Below the pieces are notes generated by a model. The model worked only from the letters and a program-made list of their open reading frames with translations. It searched no databases and was not told where the DNA came from. Shown in pieces: positions 48,090 to 60,998 of a DNA stretch of 64,000 bases (its first letter is position 1; every line of letters starts with the position of its first letter). The DNA comes from Pachysolen tannophilus NRRL Y-2460. Lineage: Eukaryota. Position numbers and translations under genes: made by a program. The stretch is from NCBI GenBank assembly GCA_001661245.1, contig KV454011.1:1328724-1392723 (forward strand). Direction: 5' to 3'.

Positions 48090-48374
48090 CATTAGCATTA
48101 GCACCTAGCTCCAGCTATAACCAATATTTTGTGGGTTTTGGCATCGTCGGTTTTGGCTGTTGTTGGTTGAAACTGAAAAATTTCAGTCGTGTATAAATTT
48201 TTTATATATATTTATATAGGAAGAATTAATAGAAAACACTAGAATAATAATTGAATTATTTTGTTAATTGAATTATTTTGTAAATTGAATTGAATTGAAT
48301 TGAATAAAAGAGTTGACGAAAATAGTTATTATTCGGTAGTTATAACGATAATTCATTTTTATTAAGTTTTGAAG

Positions 48375-49436
48375 ATGTCAGAGTTTGAGGATCTTCAGTT
48401 GGAACCAAATTTAAAATCGATTATTGGTCATGATTCTTTAAAATGGATTTTTGTTGGTGGTAAAGGTGGTGTTGGTAAAACTACTACATCTTGTTCTGTA
48501 TCAATACAGTTGGCTTTAAATAATCCAAATAGAAAATATCTTTTGATTTCTACAGATCCTGCTCATAATTTATCGGATGCGTTTTGTCAAAAATTTGGTA
48601 AAGATGCTAGAGCTGTTGAAGGTTTATCAAATTTATCATGTATGGAAATTGATCCAAATGCAGCTTTAGAAGATTTACAAAATCAACAATTTTTAACAAA
48701 TTCTGATCCAAATGATCCTTTGAAATCGATCATGGGTGATATGACTGCTTCAATTCCAGGTATAGATGAGGCCTTATCATTTATGGAAGTTTTAAAACAT
48801 ATTAAATCTCAATCTGGTGAAAATTCAAATGAAATTAAATATGATACTATTATATTTGATACTGCACCAACGGGACATACTTTAAGATTTTTACAATTAC
48901 CTTCAACTTTAGAAAAATTATTGGCTAAATTTAATGAATTAAGTGGTAGATTTGGTCCATTATTGGGTAATTTAATGGGTGGTGGTGCTAATGGTAATGC
49001 ACAAAGACAAGATATGTTTCTGAAATTAACAGAAATTCAACAAAATGTAACTGAAGTTAATAAACAATTCCAAGATCCAGAATTAACTACTTTTATATGT
49101 GTTTGTATATCTGAATTTTTATCACTTTATGAAACTGAAAGATTAATTCAAGAATTGATGTCTTATAATATGGATGTAAATTCAATAGTTATTAACCAAT
49201 TATTGTTTGCTGATGATGAAGATGAATGTAAACGTTGCAGAGCAAGATGGTTGATGCAAAAGAAATATTTGACACAAATGGATGATTTATATGAGGATTA
49301 TCATTTGGTTAAAATGCCTTTATTAGGAATGGAAATTAGAGGTTTAAATAATTTAACAAAATTTTCAAAATTCTTGGTTAATGAATATAATCCAAAGAAA
49401 GATAATGAAATTATCTTTTCTTTAGAAGAGCAATAA
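48375..49436 (+). CDS. GET3: Get3/Arr4 ATPase for tail-anchored protein targeting
   Basis: [27 protein letters not shown], CxxC (CKRC). Confidence 0.98.
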   Translation: MSEFEDLQLEPNLKSIIGHDSLKWIFVGGKGGVGKTTTSCSVSIQLALNNPNRKYLLISTDPAHNLSDAFCQKFGKDARAVEGLSNLSCMEIDPNAALEDLQNQQFLTNSDPNDPLKSIMGDMTASIPGIDEALSFMEVLKHIKSQSGENSNEIKYDTIIFDTAPTGHTLRFLQLPSTLEKLLAKFNELSGRFGPLLGNLMGGGANGNAQRQDMFLKLTEIQQNVTEVNKQFQDPELTTFICVCISEFLSLYETERLIQELMSYNMDVNSIVINQLLFADDEDECKRCRARWLMQKKYLTQMDDLYEDYHLVKMPLLGMEIRGLNNLTKFSKFLVNEYNPKKDNEIIFSLEEQ

Positions 49437-49556
49437 AAGAAAAAAAGAAAAAATTAATTGAAATTGTTGTTTATTTTCCATTTTATATAAACTCTTAATA
49501 AAAATAATATATATATATATATACAGGTAGTAGTTCTTCTTGTAGTTGTTGTTTAT

Positions 49557-50423
49557 TTAATTTTGATCATCTTCATCTTTTAATAATGATTTAATAGTAT
49601 CATCGGTAACTTTCTCCAAGACAACAGTCTTATCAACAGTTTTAAAATAATCTGCAATTTCATTATTCTGATTTGGTTTATGGAATAAGATTAATTTTTT
49701 ACTAATGGCAACATCTTGTTCAAATTTAATTGCTTCATTAATATTATTAGGGAAATTTATTAAAATATAATTTTTATATTTTAAAGAATTTGAATTTTTC
49801 AATTCTTCTAATTTTAACCTCATCATTTTTGAAAAAACACCTTTTGCCAATCTATAATTAAATTTATAATTTCTATTTTGATCTTCTTTTGGATTTTCTA
49901 AATTAGCTTCCAATAAACTTCCATATCGATCTTGATGATTTAATAATTCATCTTTAATTAAATCATTTAAATCCACAACAATACTATCACCCAATTTTTC
50001 TTGTAATTGATTTAATTTTAAAGAATCATTCTTATTTTGTAAATCAACTTCTGGAACAAAAAATATACTAACTTCACGATCTTTAATTGGATCAAAAAGT
50101 AAAACTTTTCTCTTAATATTATTCATATATTGTTCCCATTCTTCATCACTATATGATTTTTTCCTTTTCAACATAGACTTACTTGCATCCTGAGAATTAA
50201 CCCTTTGAACAACAGCTCCAAATATACCAGTTCCAACTAATGCAACAATAAGAAAATTCTTTATATTAAAACCACCATCTTTCTTACCTCCAAATTCAGA
50301 ACTAGCATAAAAACGAACCATATTAAAACAACTTCCATTTCTAATAGGGAGAAAAAACCCCCCATTCTTACCATTAGCAATAACCCTCTTCAAAGGCATT
50401 AAACCTCTACCACATCTAATCAT
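49557..50423 (-). CDS. AIM36: Mitochondrial Aim36/Fmp39 protein (adenylate-kinase-like fold)
   Basis: Presequence-like N-terminus, single TM, FPNNINEAIKFEQDV, YFKTVDK; adjacent to MRPS8/TPP1 as in S. cerevisiae. Confidence 0.8.
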   Translation of the reverse strand: MIRCGRGLMPLKRVIANGKNGGFFLPIRNGSCFNMVRFYASSEFGGKKDGGFNIKNFLIVALVGTGIFGAVVQRVNSQDASKSMLKRKKSYSDEEWEQYMNNIKRKVLLFDPIKDREVSIFFVPEVDLQNKNDSLKLNQLQEKLGDSIVVDLNDLIKDELLNHQDRYGSLLEANLENPKEDQNRNYKFNYRLAKGVFSKMMRLKLEELKNSNSLKYKNYILINFPNNINEAIKFEQDVAISKKLILFHKPNQNNEIADYFKTVDKTVVLEKVTDDTIKSLLKDEDDQN

Positions 50424-50701
50424 CCTTGATCTATCTAATACCGTCTCTCTATCACAACACAACACAACACAACACTTTAATTCGTGCTTTCTTTTGTTAT
50501 TTTATTTTATTTGTTGTTTTATTTTATTTGGTTTGTTTTAGTAGTGTTTCCAAAAAATTCTCAACCATCCAAAAATTTTTCAATTTAATCATCAAAAATA
50601 ACTTGAACAAAACGATAAAATAAAAAAAATTGGTTGAAACCAAGTAAGAAGGTGTGATATAATAGGATAGCGTGTTGTTTGATTGTTTTATTGTGTTGAA
50701 G

Positions 50702-51172
50702 ATGTCATTAGTTCATTTGGCTAATGTATGTGCTCATTTACAAAATTGTTCAAGAGTTAATTTACCTTTAGCTCATATTCCTCTTACAAGGTTACATTTA
50801 CAAGTTGCCTTGGGTTTATATAAACATGGATTTATTAAATCTATTCAAAAAGGATCAACTTTAGGACCTGATTTGGTACCTACAGAGGTAACTCCTGATA
50901 ATATTTCTAGTAGAAGGTTATGGTTAGGTTTAAAGTATAAAAATTCAAAACCGGTATTAAATAAGATTTCTTTAGTTTCTAAACCAAATAGAAGATTATT
51001 TTTAGATAAAGAAGAAATAAGAGCTTTGTCTGGTGGATCAAGTGTTAGAGTCATTAAGCCTTTACAACCGGGAGAGATTATATTCATTAGAACTTTGAAT
51101 AAAGATCTTGTTGATTTACAAGATGCTGCTGAGAGACATTTAGGTGGGGAAGTTGTATGTAGAGCTCGTTGA
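50702..51172 (+). CDS. MRPS8: Mitochondrial ribosomal protein uS8m
   Basis: MSLVHLANVCAHLQNC, VTPDNISSRRLWLGLKY, GGEVVCRA. Confidence 0.95.
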   Translation: MSLVHLANVCAHLQNCSRVNLPLAHIPLTRLHLQVALGLYKHGFIKSIQKGSTLGPDLVPTEVTPDNISSRRLWLGLKYKNSKPVLNKISLVSKPNRRLFLDKEEIRALSGGSSVRVIKPLQPGEIIFIRTLNKDLVDLQDAAERHLGGEVVCRAR

Positions 51173-51225
51173 TTGTAAATAACACTGTATATATTTTACA
51201 TTTACATATATATAAATATAAATGA

Positions 51226-51999
51226 TTATGAAAAGATTTCTTCTGGTAAATAGAATGGTAATCCGATATTTTTAGCAAAAACTTTATCACTATCACTAAA
51301 ATCTTGTGGTCTTCCAGCAGCATCACCACAATAAAAACTATTTTCTAAATCGATTTCAAAATTGCCATTAATATTATTATTATTTTCAATTTTATAATTT
51401 TCTTTTAAATATTTGATTAATTCATCCCACATACCTGTATTGGGTTTCCTATATAGATCATGATCTTGTTGTTTTGAAATTAAATGATTAATTTTTTTTT
51501 TATCATAATTTGGTCTCTTTGGTGATACATATATAAATACATTTTCTAAATATGATAAGATATCATTTAATTTTGTAATGAAATTAATAAATGATTTTTG
51601 TTCTTTTTTAGCAATAATACCTCCTTGATTAGTGAAAATTATAATTAAATAATTATTCTTTTGATAATTTTTCAAAATATCAAGTGTATTTGAATTAAAC
51701 CATTTCCAATCTTTAAAATTCCTACTAAATCTTGAACCCGATTTTGTCTTTATAATTGTTCCATCTAAATCAAATGATGCAATTTTTAATTTATAAATTG
51801 ATTTATCTAATGGTATATTTTTGGGAATCTTATAAAAATGATGAGTTCCAATAATTGTCCATCCATCAAATTTAATTAAACAATTCAAATTATCAGTATC
51901 AATTTTTTTAGTAATAGTAGTTGATTTCTTTGTTTTTATAATTTTAGAAACCGTAGAATGTTTCCCCAATAACTTCAATATATCTCCATCTTTTGACAT
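51226..51999 (-). CDS. TPP1: Polynucleotide (DNA) 3'-phosphatase, HAD family, no kinase domain
   Basis: FDLDGT, TNQGG, RKPNTGMW, GDAAGR, FSDSD. Confidence 0.9.
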   Translation of the reverse strand: MSKDGDILKLLGKHSTVSKIIKTKKSTTITKKIDTDNLNCLIKFDGWTIIGTHHFYKIPKNIPLDKSIYKLKIASFDLDGTIIKTKSGSRFSRNFKDWKWFNSNTLDILKNYQKNNYLIIIFTNQGGIIAKKEQKSFINFITKLNDILSYLENVFIYVSPKRPNYDKKKINHLISKQQDHDLYRKPNTGMWDELIKYLKENYKIENNNNINGNFEIDLENSFYCGDAAGRPQDFSDSDKVFAKNIGLPFYLPEEIFS

Positions 52000-52171
52000 T
52001 GATGATATAACTCAAAACCATTCCTCAAATAATAATATATATATATATATATATATAGTTTTGGTGTAGAAAATGTACTGGCAAAAAAAGAAAAGCAACT
52101 TGAAATATAAAAATTGTACTCTTTTTTTTAGTAAAAACAATTATAATTAATTTAATTAAAAGAAATTGAAA

Positions 52172-53130
52172 ATGTCTGAAGAAGAAGTGAAAGATAAATC
52201 AGTTGAGCCAGTTGCCTCAGTTGATTCAACTGAGGAATCCGGTGAAAGTCAATTGAGTAAAGAAGAAAGATTAGAACAAGCTAGGAAAAAAGTATGTTTT
52301 ATAAATTAAATAAAATTAAGTAAATGTTGAGTATAATTACTAACAAGTTAAAACACTAATTTTTTGGTTTTTTTTTGAGTTTTATTGATCAATAGTTTGA
52401 GGAGTTGAAGAAGAAAAAGAATAAGAAAAAAAAGAATAAGAAGAAGAGTAAGGAAGAAGAGCTGAAACTGGAAGAAGAACTTAAGGAAGCAGAAGCTGAG
52501 TTAGAAGCTGAAAAGGAAGAAGAAGAAGAAACAGAAGAAAAAGAAGAGGAACAAACAGAAGAGGCGACAGAGAAAAAAGATGATGGTATAGAGCCTGAAA
52601 CGAAAACGTTGAATTGGCTGGAAGAAATCCAAAAACTGCCACTGTCGGATAATAGTAGTCACAATAGTGACCACAATAGTGGTCATGAAAACGACAATGG
52701 TGATGACGAATTAAAAGAAACAGTAAAGAATCAAGAACAAGAAATTTCCAAATTAAAGAAAGAAACTACAGATTTGAAACTTGAAAGAATCCAATTATTG
52801 GAAAAAATAGAATCTTTAGAATTAACAGTCAAGAAATTGAATAGATCACTTCAATTCAGTAAAACTGACCAACCAAACGTATACCAATCAGACTACAATA
52901 GCGACTTATCGTTATCTCCAGATAACTTTGACCCCATGTCTTCTGGAATCGCTGATACCGGTACTAGACCACCAAGCTTTGTTAAAACCCCATCTTTCCA
53001 AAACATCAATATGCCAATGCAAGCAGATGAGGTTGTGGATATGAGAGAACGCCTCATGAAATGGAAAAACTGGCAGATAGACATGACACACTGGAGAACT
53101 ATAGGCTCAGGCCCTATCTTGGAATTCTGA
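52172..53130 (+). CDS. BUG1: Golgi coiled-coil protein Bug1; exons 52172-52291 and 52396-53130
   Basis: Spliced RLEQARKKFEELKKKKNKKK; C-terminal WKNWQIDMTHWRTIGSGPILEF; near GET3 and SNU23. Confidence 0.85.
52292..52395 (+). other. Spliceosomal intron of BUG1 (104 nt)
   Basis: GTATGT, TACTAAC at 52338-52344, TAG; phase 0. Confidence 0.88.
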
Positions 53131-53312
53131 AAAAGTCACCTTCTTGTCGTTATCGTTGTCGTCACCGTTGTCGTCACAGTTATCGCTTCCAAAAAAGAGC
53201 GAGAGAAAGAAAATAATAACCAAAAGTCGTGGTTTAAAATACCAAATCAAAAATGCCAACCTAAAGTAGTGTTTAAGAACCCAATTTCTAAATTAGGAAA
53301 TTTTTTTTTTGT

Positions 53313-53323
53313 TGAAAAATTTT
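53313..53323 (+). promoter_or_regulatory. RRPE element upstream of TIF34
   Basis: TGAAAAATTTT. Confidence 0.5.
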
Positions 53324-53499
53324 TTTTTTTTTTTAAATAAAAAAAAAATCGTTAAAATTTGTATGGTAATTTTTTTGTATATGTGTTTTCTAAGAGTTTT
53401 TATTAATAATTATTAGATTAGATATTAAAAGAAAAAAAGAGTGATTTTCTTTTTTTTTTTTTCGTTGAAGAAGATATATTTTTCTTTTTGTAGTTGAAT

Positions 53500-54549
53500 A
53501 TGAGACCAATTATGTTAAAAGGACATGAGCGTTCGTTAACTCAAGTTAAATTTAATAGGGAGGGGGATTTATTATTTTCTGTTGCTAAAGATAAATCTGC
53601 ATCTGTTTGGTATTCTTTTAATGGAGAAAGATTAGGTACTTTTGAAGGTCATATTGGTACTATTTGGTCGATTGATGTTGATTCTAAGACTGAGTTAGCT
53701 GTGACTGGGTCTGCTGATTTTTCTGCTAAATTATGGGAGGTTAATAATGGTAAATGTATAAAGACATGGAAATTAAAGACACCAGCTAAAAGAGTTGAAT
53801 TTTCACCAAATAATGATAAATTATTAATTGTTACTGATCAAGTTATGGGTGAAAAGGGAACAATAACAATTTTACCTATAAATTCAAATTTTGAAACAAG
53901 AGAAGAACAAACTGATGAACCTTTATTAATTATAGAAACCGCTGAAGGTGCTGAAAAAGTTACAGTTGCTGGTTGGTCATATCTGGGTAAATATATTATT
54001 GCAGGTCATTCAAATGGAGTAGTTTCTAAATATGATGCTGAAACTGGAGAATTACATAAAACTGTAAAAGTTCATGATTTAACAATAACTGATTTACAAT
54101 TTTCACAAGATAAAACATATTTTATAACTTCATCAAAGGATAAAACCGCTCATATTTTGGATGTTGATACTCTTACAATCATGAAAACTTATGAAGCAGA
54201 TGCACCAATGAATTCTGCATGTATTACTCCAGTGAAAAATTTCGTCATATTAGGAGGTGGTCAAGATGCAAGAGATGTTACTACAACTTCTTCAAAACAA
54301 GGTAAATTTGAAGCAAGATTTTATCATAAAATTTTTGAAGATGAAATTGGAAGAGTTAAAGGTCATTTTGGTCCTTTAAATTATGTTGCTATTCATCCAA
54401 ATGGTACAATGTACGCTTCAGGAGGAGAAGATGGGTTTGTTAGACTTCATCATTTTGATAAATCTTATTACGATTTTAAGTATGACGTTGAAAGAACCGC
54501 TGAAGCTACAGGTGCAGTTGAAGTTAAAACCCCAGAAATTACAGCTTAA
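53500..54549 (+). CDS. TIF34: eIF3 subunit i (WD40)
   Basis: [45 protein letters not shown]. Confidence 0.97.
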   Translation: MRPIMLKGHERSLTQVKFNREGDLLFSVAKDKSASVWYSFNGERLGTFEGHIGTIWSIDVDSKTELAVTGSADFSAKLWEVNNGKCIKTWKLKTPAKRVEFSPNNDKLLIVTDQVMGEKGTITILPINSNFETREEQTDEPLLIIETAEGAEKVTVAGWSYLGKYIIAGHSNGVVSKYDAETGELHKTVKVHDLTITDLQFSQDKTYFITSSKDKTAHILDVDTLTIMKTYEADAPMNSACITPVKNFVILGGGQDARDVTTTSSKQGKFEARFYHKIFEDEIGRVKGHFGPLNYVAIHPNGTMYASGGEDGFVRLHHFDKSYYDFKYDVERTAEATGAVEVKTPEITA

Positions 54550-54697
54550 AAATATATATTAATATTTTTTTAAATGTTTCTATATAACCTTTATATATAT
54601 ATATATATATATATATAAGATTATAATTTGATTTATAGGTCATTTATTAATTTCTCATTATCACATTTATTTCCAACCTTCCTTCAAACCTAGTCAA

Positions 54698-54874
54698 CTA
54701 TTTACCAGAATTAGCTTCCTCTGCCAGTGCTTTTTTCTTGGCAATTTTCTCTTGTAAAGCCTTTGCCTGTTCTTCTAATCTTTTCTTTGGATCACCTTCT
54801 TGCTTTTTCTTTGAATTTTGTTGTTTTTTCAAATTTTTTTGTCTTGCTAAATCTCTTTGATTACCTCTAGTCAT
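54698..54874 (-). CDS. SERF/4F5 small EDRK-rich protein (YDL085C-A-like), 58 aa
   Basis: Hand translation MTRGNQRDLARQKNLKKQQNSKKKQEGDPKKRLEEQAKALQEKIAKKKA(CTG)AEEANSGK*; below the ORF track cutoff. Confidence 0.9.
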   Translation of the reverse strand: MTRGNQRDLARQKNLKKQQNSKKKQEGDPKKRLEEQAKALQEKIAKKKALAEEANSGK

Positions 54875-55384
54875 GATTCAATTTTATCCTTTCCCTTCAC
54901 CTACTATTCAAAGCCCGAAAAGCCCAAAAGCCTAAACGCCAAAAATGCAAAAAAAAAAAAAAAATTCAAATCAACTCTGATGAGTTAAAACTTCACCATC
55001 AAATCTTTTCAAATAAACACTTTGCCGGGAAAAGATACTTCTGGAAGAAAAGAGTTTTAAAACGTGAAAAAAAAATTAATATTAACAATTCAACAGAATT
55101 ACTTAATTGGGTAATTAAAGCTATTTAAGTTTCCTAAAACGAATTAAAATTTCCTAGTTTGGGCTAGAACTTTCCTAATTAGTACCGATGAACCAAGTAA
55201 CGACGATATAATTTATAACTAACGTTAATATGGTTTCTGTTAAAAGTTATTGAAACTTGGTTTTAGTTGTAGTTGTAGTTTAATCAGTTTACAATTGGCT
55301 ATTATGAAAGCTTTGGTTGTTTTGTGATTTGTTTTTTTGAGCTATATATACTACATGAATTTTTTTTCGGGGGGTTTATTGGGT

Positions 55385-56038
55385 TTATTGCTGGCCGCCA
55401 AAACCTGAAAATCCCATCATCTTCATCATCATATCATCATCATTATCATTATCATTATCATTACTTGCTTTTTTTTGTTTCAACTTTTGTCTTTTCTTTG
55501 CTTGCTTTTGCTTTGTACGTTCTTTCTCTTTTTCTTCAAAAATTTTTCTCATTTCAATTCTTTTTTTCAAATTAAAACCTTCATCTTTCTCTAAAGCTTC
55601 CTTATCCTTCAACTGCTTCAATTTAGTTACACGATCTATAATCATTTCAAGTGTTATATCTTTATTATTATTTTCAATTTCATAATCAAATCCAGAATTT
55701 GAATAATGTTGCTTTGAATTCAAATGTTCAATAAATTCCAAATTATTCTTAAAAGTTAAATTACAAACATCACAATAAAAACCAACGCTTTTACCCCTCT
55801 TACCAGTAGCATCCGCCAGTTGTAAAGAAACTAATGATATCTTATTCAAATCATCAATTTGTTGTAAATTATCTAATCTTTTTTTATAAAAATCATATTT
55901 CTTCATTGTTGTCTTTTCATCATCCTCAACAACTCCAACACCTCTTCTTTTCTGTCTTTTCTCATACGCTACTCGCGCATACTCATCCTTATCCCATTGC
56001 CTTCTCCCAAACGATAACTCAGACTTCTTATCACTCAT
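55385..56038 (-). CDS. SNU23: U4/U6.U5 tri-snRNP zinc-finger protein Snu23
   Basis: GRRQWDKDEY, GFYCDVC...HLNSKQH, MMKMMGFSGFG. Confidence 0.9.
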   Translation of the reverse strand: MSDKKSELSFGRRQWDKDEYARVAYEKRQKRRGVGVVEDDEKTTMKKYDFYKKRLDNLQQIDDLNKISLVSLQLADATGKRGKSVGFYCDVCNLTFKNNLEFIEHLNSKQHYSNSGFDYEIENNNKDITLEMIIDRVTKLKQLKDKEALEKDEGFNLKKRIEMRKIFEEKEKERTKQKQAKKRQKLKQKKASNDNDNDNDDDMMMKMMGFSGFGGQQ

Positions 56039-56344
56039 CTTTTTTTTTTTTTTTCCATTTAATTCCAATCAATTTATACAACTTTACTAAACTCTTCGTA
56101 TTAAAAAGTATTTTGAAAAGTCGTGTTTCCCCTCTTCTTTTTTTATATATACATTTATATGAAAAGTTGAAAATTTTATTTGACAAAGACATTTTCTTGT
56201 ATTTTCCATTAATTTATTCATCGAAAATAGTTGGTTAATAGGAAGTTATCAGTATTGGGTATTAGGTAGAAGGTAATAGTAGGTCTAGAAGTTGTATTTT
56301 CTTTAAAAAAAAATTTTTTTTCGTTTAAATAAAGACCATCAAAA

Positions 56345-56896
56345 ATGAATAATAATGGGATATATTCTTCTAGTAATAATCAACAAAAATCAATGGCTGA
56401 AATGACTCCAGAAGAACAAGCAGAAGTTGGAGCAAAGGCAATGATTGATTTTATGCAATCTTGTCCTGGTAAAACTGTAATTAGTGGTGTTTCAGGTTTT
56501 GTCCTTGGTGGATTTTTTGGACTTTTCATGGCTTCAATGACTTATGATGTCCCACTTGCAGGTGGTGTATCACATATAAGTGATTTACCATTTAAACAAC
56601 AAGTAAAATTACAATTTGCAGATATGGGGAAAAGATCGTATAGCTCAGCCAAGAACTTTGGATACATAGGTGCCATCTATTCAGGGGTGGAATGTTCTGT
56701 GGAATCATTTAGAGCTAAAAATGATATATATAACGGTGTTATTGCTGGATGTATCACTGGTGGTGGATTGGCAATAAGTGGTGGACCTCAAGCCGCATTA
56801 TTTGGATGTGCTGGGTTTGCTGCATTCTCAACAGCTATTGATCTATACTTGAGATCAGATATGAAAATGCCTCCTAAAAACGATTATGATGATTAA
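56345..56896 (+). CDS. TIM22: Mitochondrial inner-membrane translocase Tim22
   Basis: [33 protein letters not shown]-like [20 protein letters not shown]. Confidence 0.96.
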   Translation: MNNNGIYSSSNNQQKSMAEMTPEEQAEVGAKAMIDFMQSCPGKTVISGVSGFVLGGFFGLFMASMTYDVPLAGGVSHISDLPFKQQVKLQFADMGKRSYSSAKNFGYIGAIYSGVECSVESFRAKNDIYNGVIAGCITGGGLAISGGPQAALFGCAGFAAFSTAIDLYLRSDMKMPPKNDYDD

Positions 56897-57168
56897 TTAA
56901 TATAAAATTACCATAAAGCTTTTATTGTTTTATTTTTTTTGCTCATTTGTGTGTTACTTTAAGTTTATAGGAAAGGTTTATAAAGAAAATAATGTTCATG
57001 TATATATACAAAATATGAATCCAAAAGAGCGGTGAAGTGGATTAATTTAAAATCTATTAAACAAAGTCTCTGAAAATCTCTTGTAGTACAAAAAATATAA
57101 TTAAACAAAAAAGAAAGAAAAAAAAAAAGTAATGCGATGCGATGATGTGATTGAATTTTATTTTTTAA

Positions 57169-60100
57169 CTATTTCCCAATTATTCTCAAAAATAAATAAG
57201 AAACACATCCAACAAATCTGAAAAGTGCCATAAAAGCAACTAACCACAATATAACAGTTAAGAACACACTAGTATTTGTTGAAAGGTAACCTGAATCGTC
57301 CGTACTATCATTCCAACCTAATTGGTCAATACCACCAGTTTCTAAGACTATTGCAATAATTACAAAATTTGAAAACATCCAAAATAAAACTGTCATTGAT
57401 CTAATAAATGCATAATAATCTTTTTTCTTTTCTTCAGGATCAATTTTTTTAATTTTTTCTTCATCATTTGGATTTTTTAATAATACATTAATTTGTTCAG
57501 TATATGAATTATCAATATCTTCAGCAAATGTTGGAATATCAACTTCTAATTTACCAGAAGAAGAAGTCTTGGCAACACCTAAATCAAGCTTTATTGAATT
57601 ATCTCCCTTTGTACCCCAAGAAATATCATGGATATTACAAAAAGCATAAATATTTAATACATTCACATATGATGGTGAAAGTAAAAGATATTGTACAAAT
57701 GAAGTAAACATATGCCATGGATCTAAAAATAAAAATGCTCCAAGAAAATATAATAAATATGTAGAACATGTTGCCACTATTAAATCTCTAAATTTTGTAG
57801 AAGTAAATATCATTGAAACTGTAAATTCACTTGTTTCAGAAATTATATCTTTAATTGCATATACTGACATATATATGGCTGCAAAAATCATATATGCCAT
57901 TAATATTGCAAAAAAAATAGATATAACAATATAAAACATTTCTGTTCCTTTTGGTCTATTACCAAATGATAAAATAAATGTTGTAACTAATGATGCTAAA
58001 TATAACCATAAAAGAATGACTGAAAGAATATTTCCTGGTGCAAAATCTAAATCTGTTTCACTTAAATCAACAGTTAAAATTCTGAAAACTAAAAAATAAG
58101 ACCCTAATGAAAACCATGATACTAATAAACTTAAAATTTGATAAACAAGTTGAACATGAAGGAAAAATTTCCTTATAATAGAATGTGCAGATCCATAAAT
58201 TTTATAAAAATGAGAAACACTATAGATTGCAGCGAAAAAGGAACCATTTAACCATCTTCTTCTTTGTAAAATGAATTCAGGTAATCTTTCTGGAACATCC
58301 GTGGTGGCAGATGCTGCTTTCACATATTTTAAAACCCATCTACAATCTCTCTTTGCAACCAATTCAAAACACAAGATTCTATCTTCTGCTAAATACATAT
58401 TTGCAGTGAATATACCAGAGGAAGAATCATGTAATGATTCTCCTTTAAAGTAAGAACTTAAAGGTCCTTCACCAGTAACATCATTTTGTAATGCCACATA
58501 TCTATAAGCAGAAAAGGCACCTGGTAAAACTGTAACAAATCCAAACACACTTTCCATTGGTTTATCCAAAATATTAGAAGTCTTGTATTCAAAATTTTGA
58601 GCAGCAACCAAAGGATTAATCAATAACAGACCTCCTTTCCCTAAACTTGCTTTAATTTCACCACATGATCCAGCAACTGAAGGATTTCTATCAAAAGATT
58701 TCCACAAATGATAAATTGAATCACTTGAAGGCTGAGTACCAGCATCTAATAAAACAACAATATTTGGATCTAATATTGGACCAAAAGCTTGAAAACACCA
58801 TCTATGAGAATTAATTTTTTTTTGATTTTTTTCTTTTAAACAAAATAAAAGTTGAACAGGTGTAGTCTTTTCTGTAGTTAATTTAACCATATCATCTTTA
58901 ATAGAAGAAATACCAACCATTGATGTATATTCGTATATATGACTAACAACAGCTTTATCATTAACCATATTTTTGGCAAAACCTTCTTGATAGACACCAA
59001 GTGCAGCTAATAAAGCTCTTGCCCTTGGATTTATTATAGTTCTACCATCACTAACAATACAAACAACAATTTTTTTCCAAGCATCAGGTCCCCAAGTACT
59101 ACTACGTTTTTTACTCATCAAATATTTGATATTTTTTAAGACACCTTTTAAAGTTCTTGCTAATAATACATCTGATTCGTTATACATTGTAATAACAATC
59201 ATTATTTCAGTTACTCTAGGTTCTTTGTAACATTTTTGCCTCAAGGTAAAATTAGAATAAACAAATTCTGAAGGATCACATGTAGCTGCTTGATAACGCA
59301 TAAATAAAAATTCTCTATCATGTTCAGTTAATGGTTCTGGATATTTTGCCAATAATTTTTGTGATACAGGACAATCCAAAACTAAGTTACCATTAATCAT
59401 TTGGACTTTTTTAATCATTGTCTTTCCTCTTCTCGGTTGTTGACCTTCAGCTGGAGGCATAATAATGTCCTGCTCATCTCCAAAATTACCCATTGTAACT
59501 ATTGGACTTTCTGAGCCATCACCATAATCATTTACAACAGATGTTTCTTTCAAATTAAATGGATCATCACTACCTGCTATATAACTTTGGTTATCATCGT
59601 CTTCCTGACTATCAACCACGGTTGTAGGCAGATCTTCTATAAAAGTGTTCAATTGATATGAATCACCACTTATAGGAAACGGAGCAAAATCATTTTCAAA
59701 TTGATCTTGTTCATCATACTGATAAGGTTCAAACGCATCAAAGTAATTATTAGGCCGCAGTTTATTAATATTATTATTATTATTATTAATATTATTGTTG
59801 TTCCCATTTGTGAAAAAATCGTTGTTATTTCTTATAAATGGAACATTTGTGCTACTACCATTTTGTTGTAAGGGGTTTGTATCCATAACATAGGAATTGC
59901 GGTATGGATTATCCAACTCTAAATCATCATCATCATTTTCGTTTAAAGAAGGAGCATAATTTTGAGAAACTGGGAACCCACCTAACCGTGGAGATCTCAG
60001 GCCATTATTATAATTTCTATTCACAATAGAACTTGACCTTGTTGGTGGTAATGCACTATAATAATTATCGTTTGTTCTATAATCCGTGTTGTTATAATAG

Positions 60101-60204
60101 GACGTGTCAGCTACATCTCCATAATGATTATTTCTATTTGGACTCACACTATAAGCCGATTGTCTCGAAGGACTATTCTGAGAACTTATATAAACTCCAG
60201 ACAG

Positions 60205-60235
<31 letters not shown>

Positions 60236-60591
60236 TGATCAAATTGATCAAGTTGCCTCAGTCGTTGATGTAAATCATGATCACTTGTACTATGATTGTT
60301 TCTTGTTCCCAAGTTACTAAGCGGAATTGGCCGGTATGATTGAGGTAAAGGTTGAATCGATTGAAACCTATTTGCACCAGAGTTAACACCAGCATTTGCA
60401 CCAGTACTTCTATCTTGCACTCCTGTGACTTGAGGTCCATGAATATTTATCTGTGGTGGGACTGGTGGACCTCGATTATTTACAACATTTTGAGTTCGAC
60501 TACCATAATAATAATCAGGAATAGAATCATCACCTTCTTCACTTCCTTCTGAAAAATTGCGCTGATTGCCCTGATTATAATTATAGCTCAT
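57169..60591 (-). CDS. CHS1: Chitin synthase class I (S. cerevisiae Chs1 / C. albicans Chs2 type)
   Basis: GNLVLDCPV, FMRYQAATCDP, TMYNE, KKINSHRW, LAEDRIL, QRRRW, SWGTKG. Confidence 0.9.
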
Positions 60592-60998
60592 TTATAGAGA
60601 CAACAATAAAATATACTGATGATGATATAATATCTCATAGAAATATATATATATATATATATATAGTTAGACAGATATATAGATATATAAATAAATATTT
60701 ATATAAATATATTTATTTGATTCTATATTTATCTTTTTGCTTTGGATCTAAAGTAAATAAGCGCGTGTACTAAAAAGGAAAAAATTGCAAAAAAAAAAAT
60801 TTCAGGACAAAAAGATGAAAAAAATACAACGACAACGACAACGACAACAACAACAACGAGACAGAAAAATAACGATTAGAAGTTGTTCTCAGTAGAAAGA
60901 GGTGATAGATAAAAAGAAATGTAGTGATTAATATTGTTATTCTAAATGAGAGTCTATTCAAAAAAAATCGTATATTCTATAAATTTATACAGTACAAT

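Noticed and set aside
23677..60591. Two chitin synthases as a cluster or recent duplication
   Set aside because: Different ancient classes, 30 kb apart with unrelated genes between.
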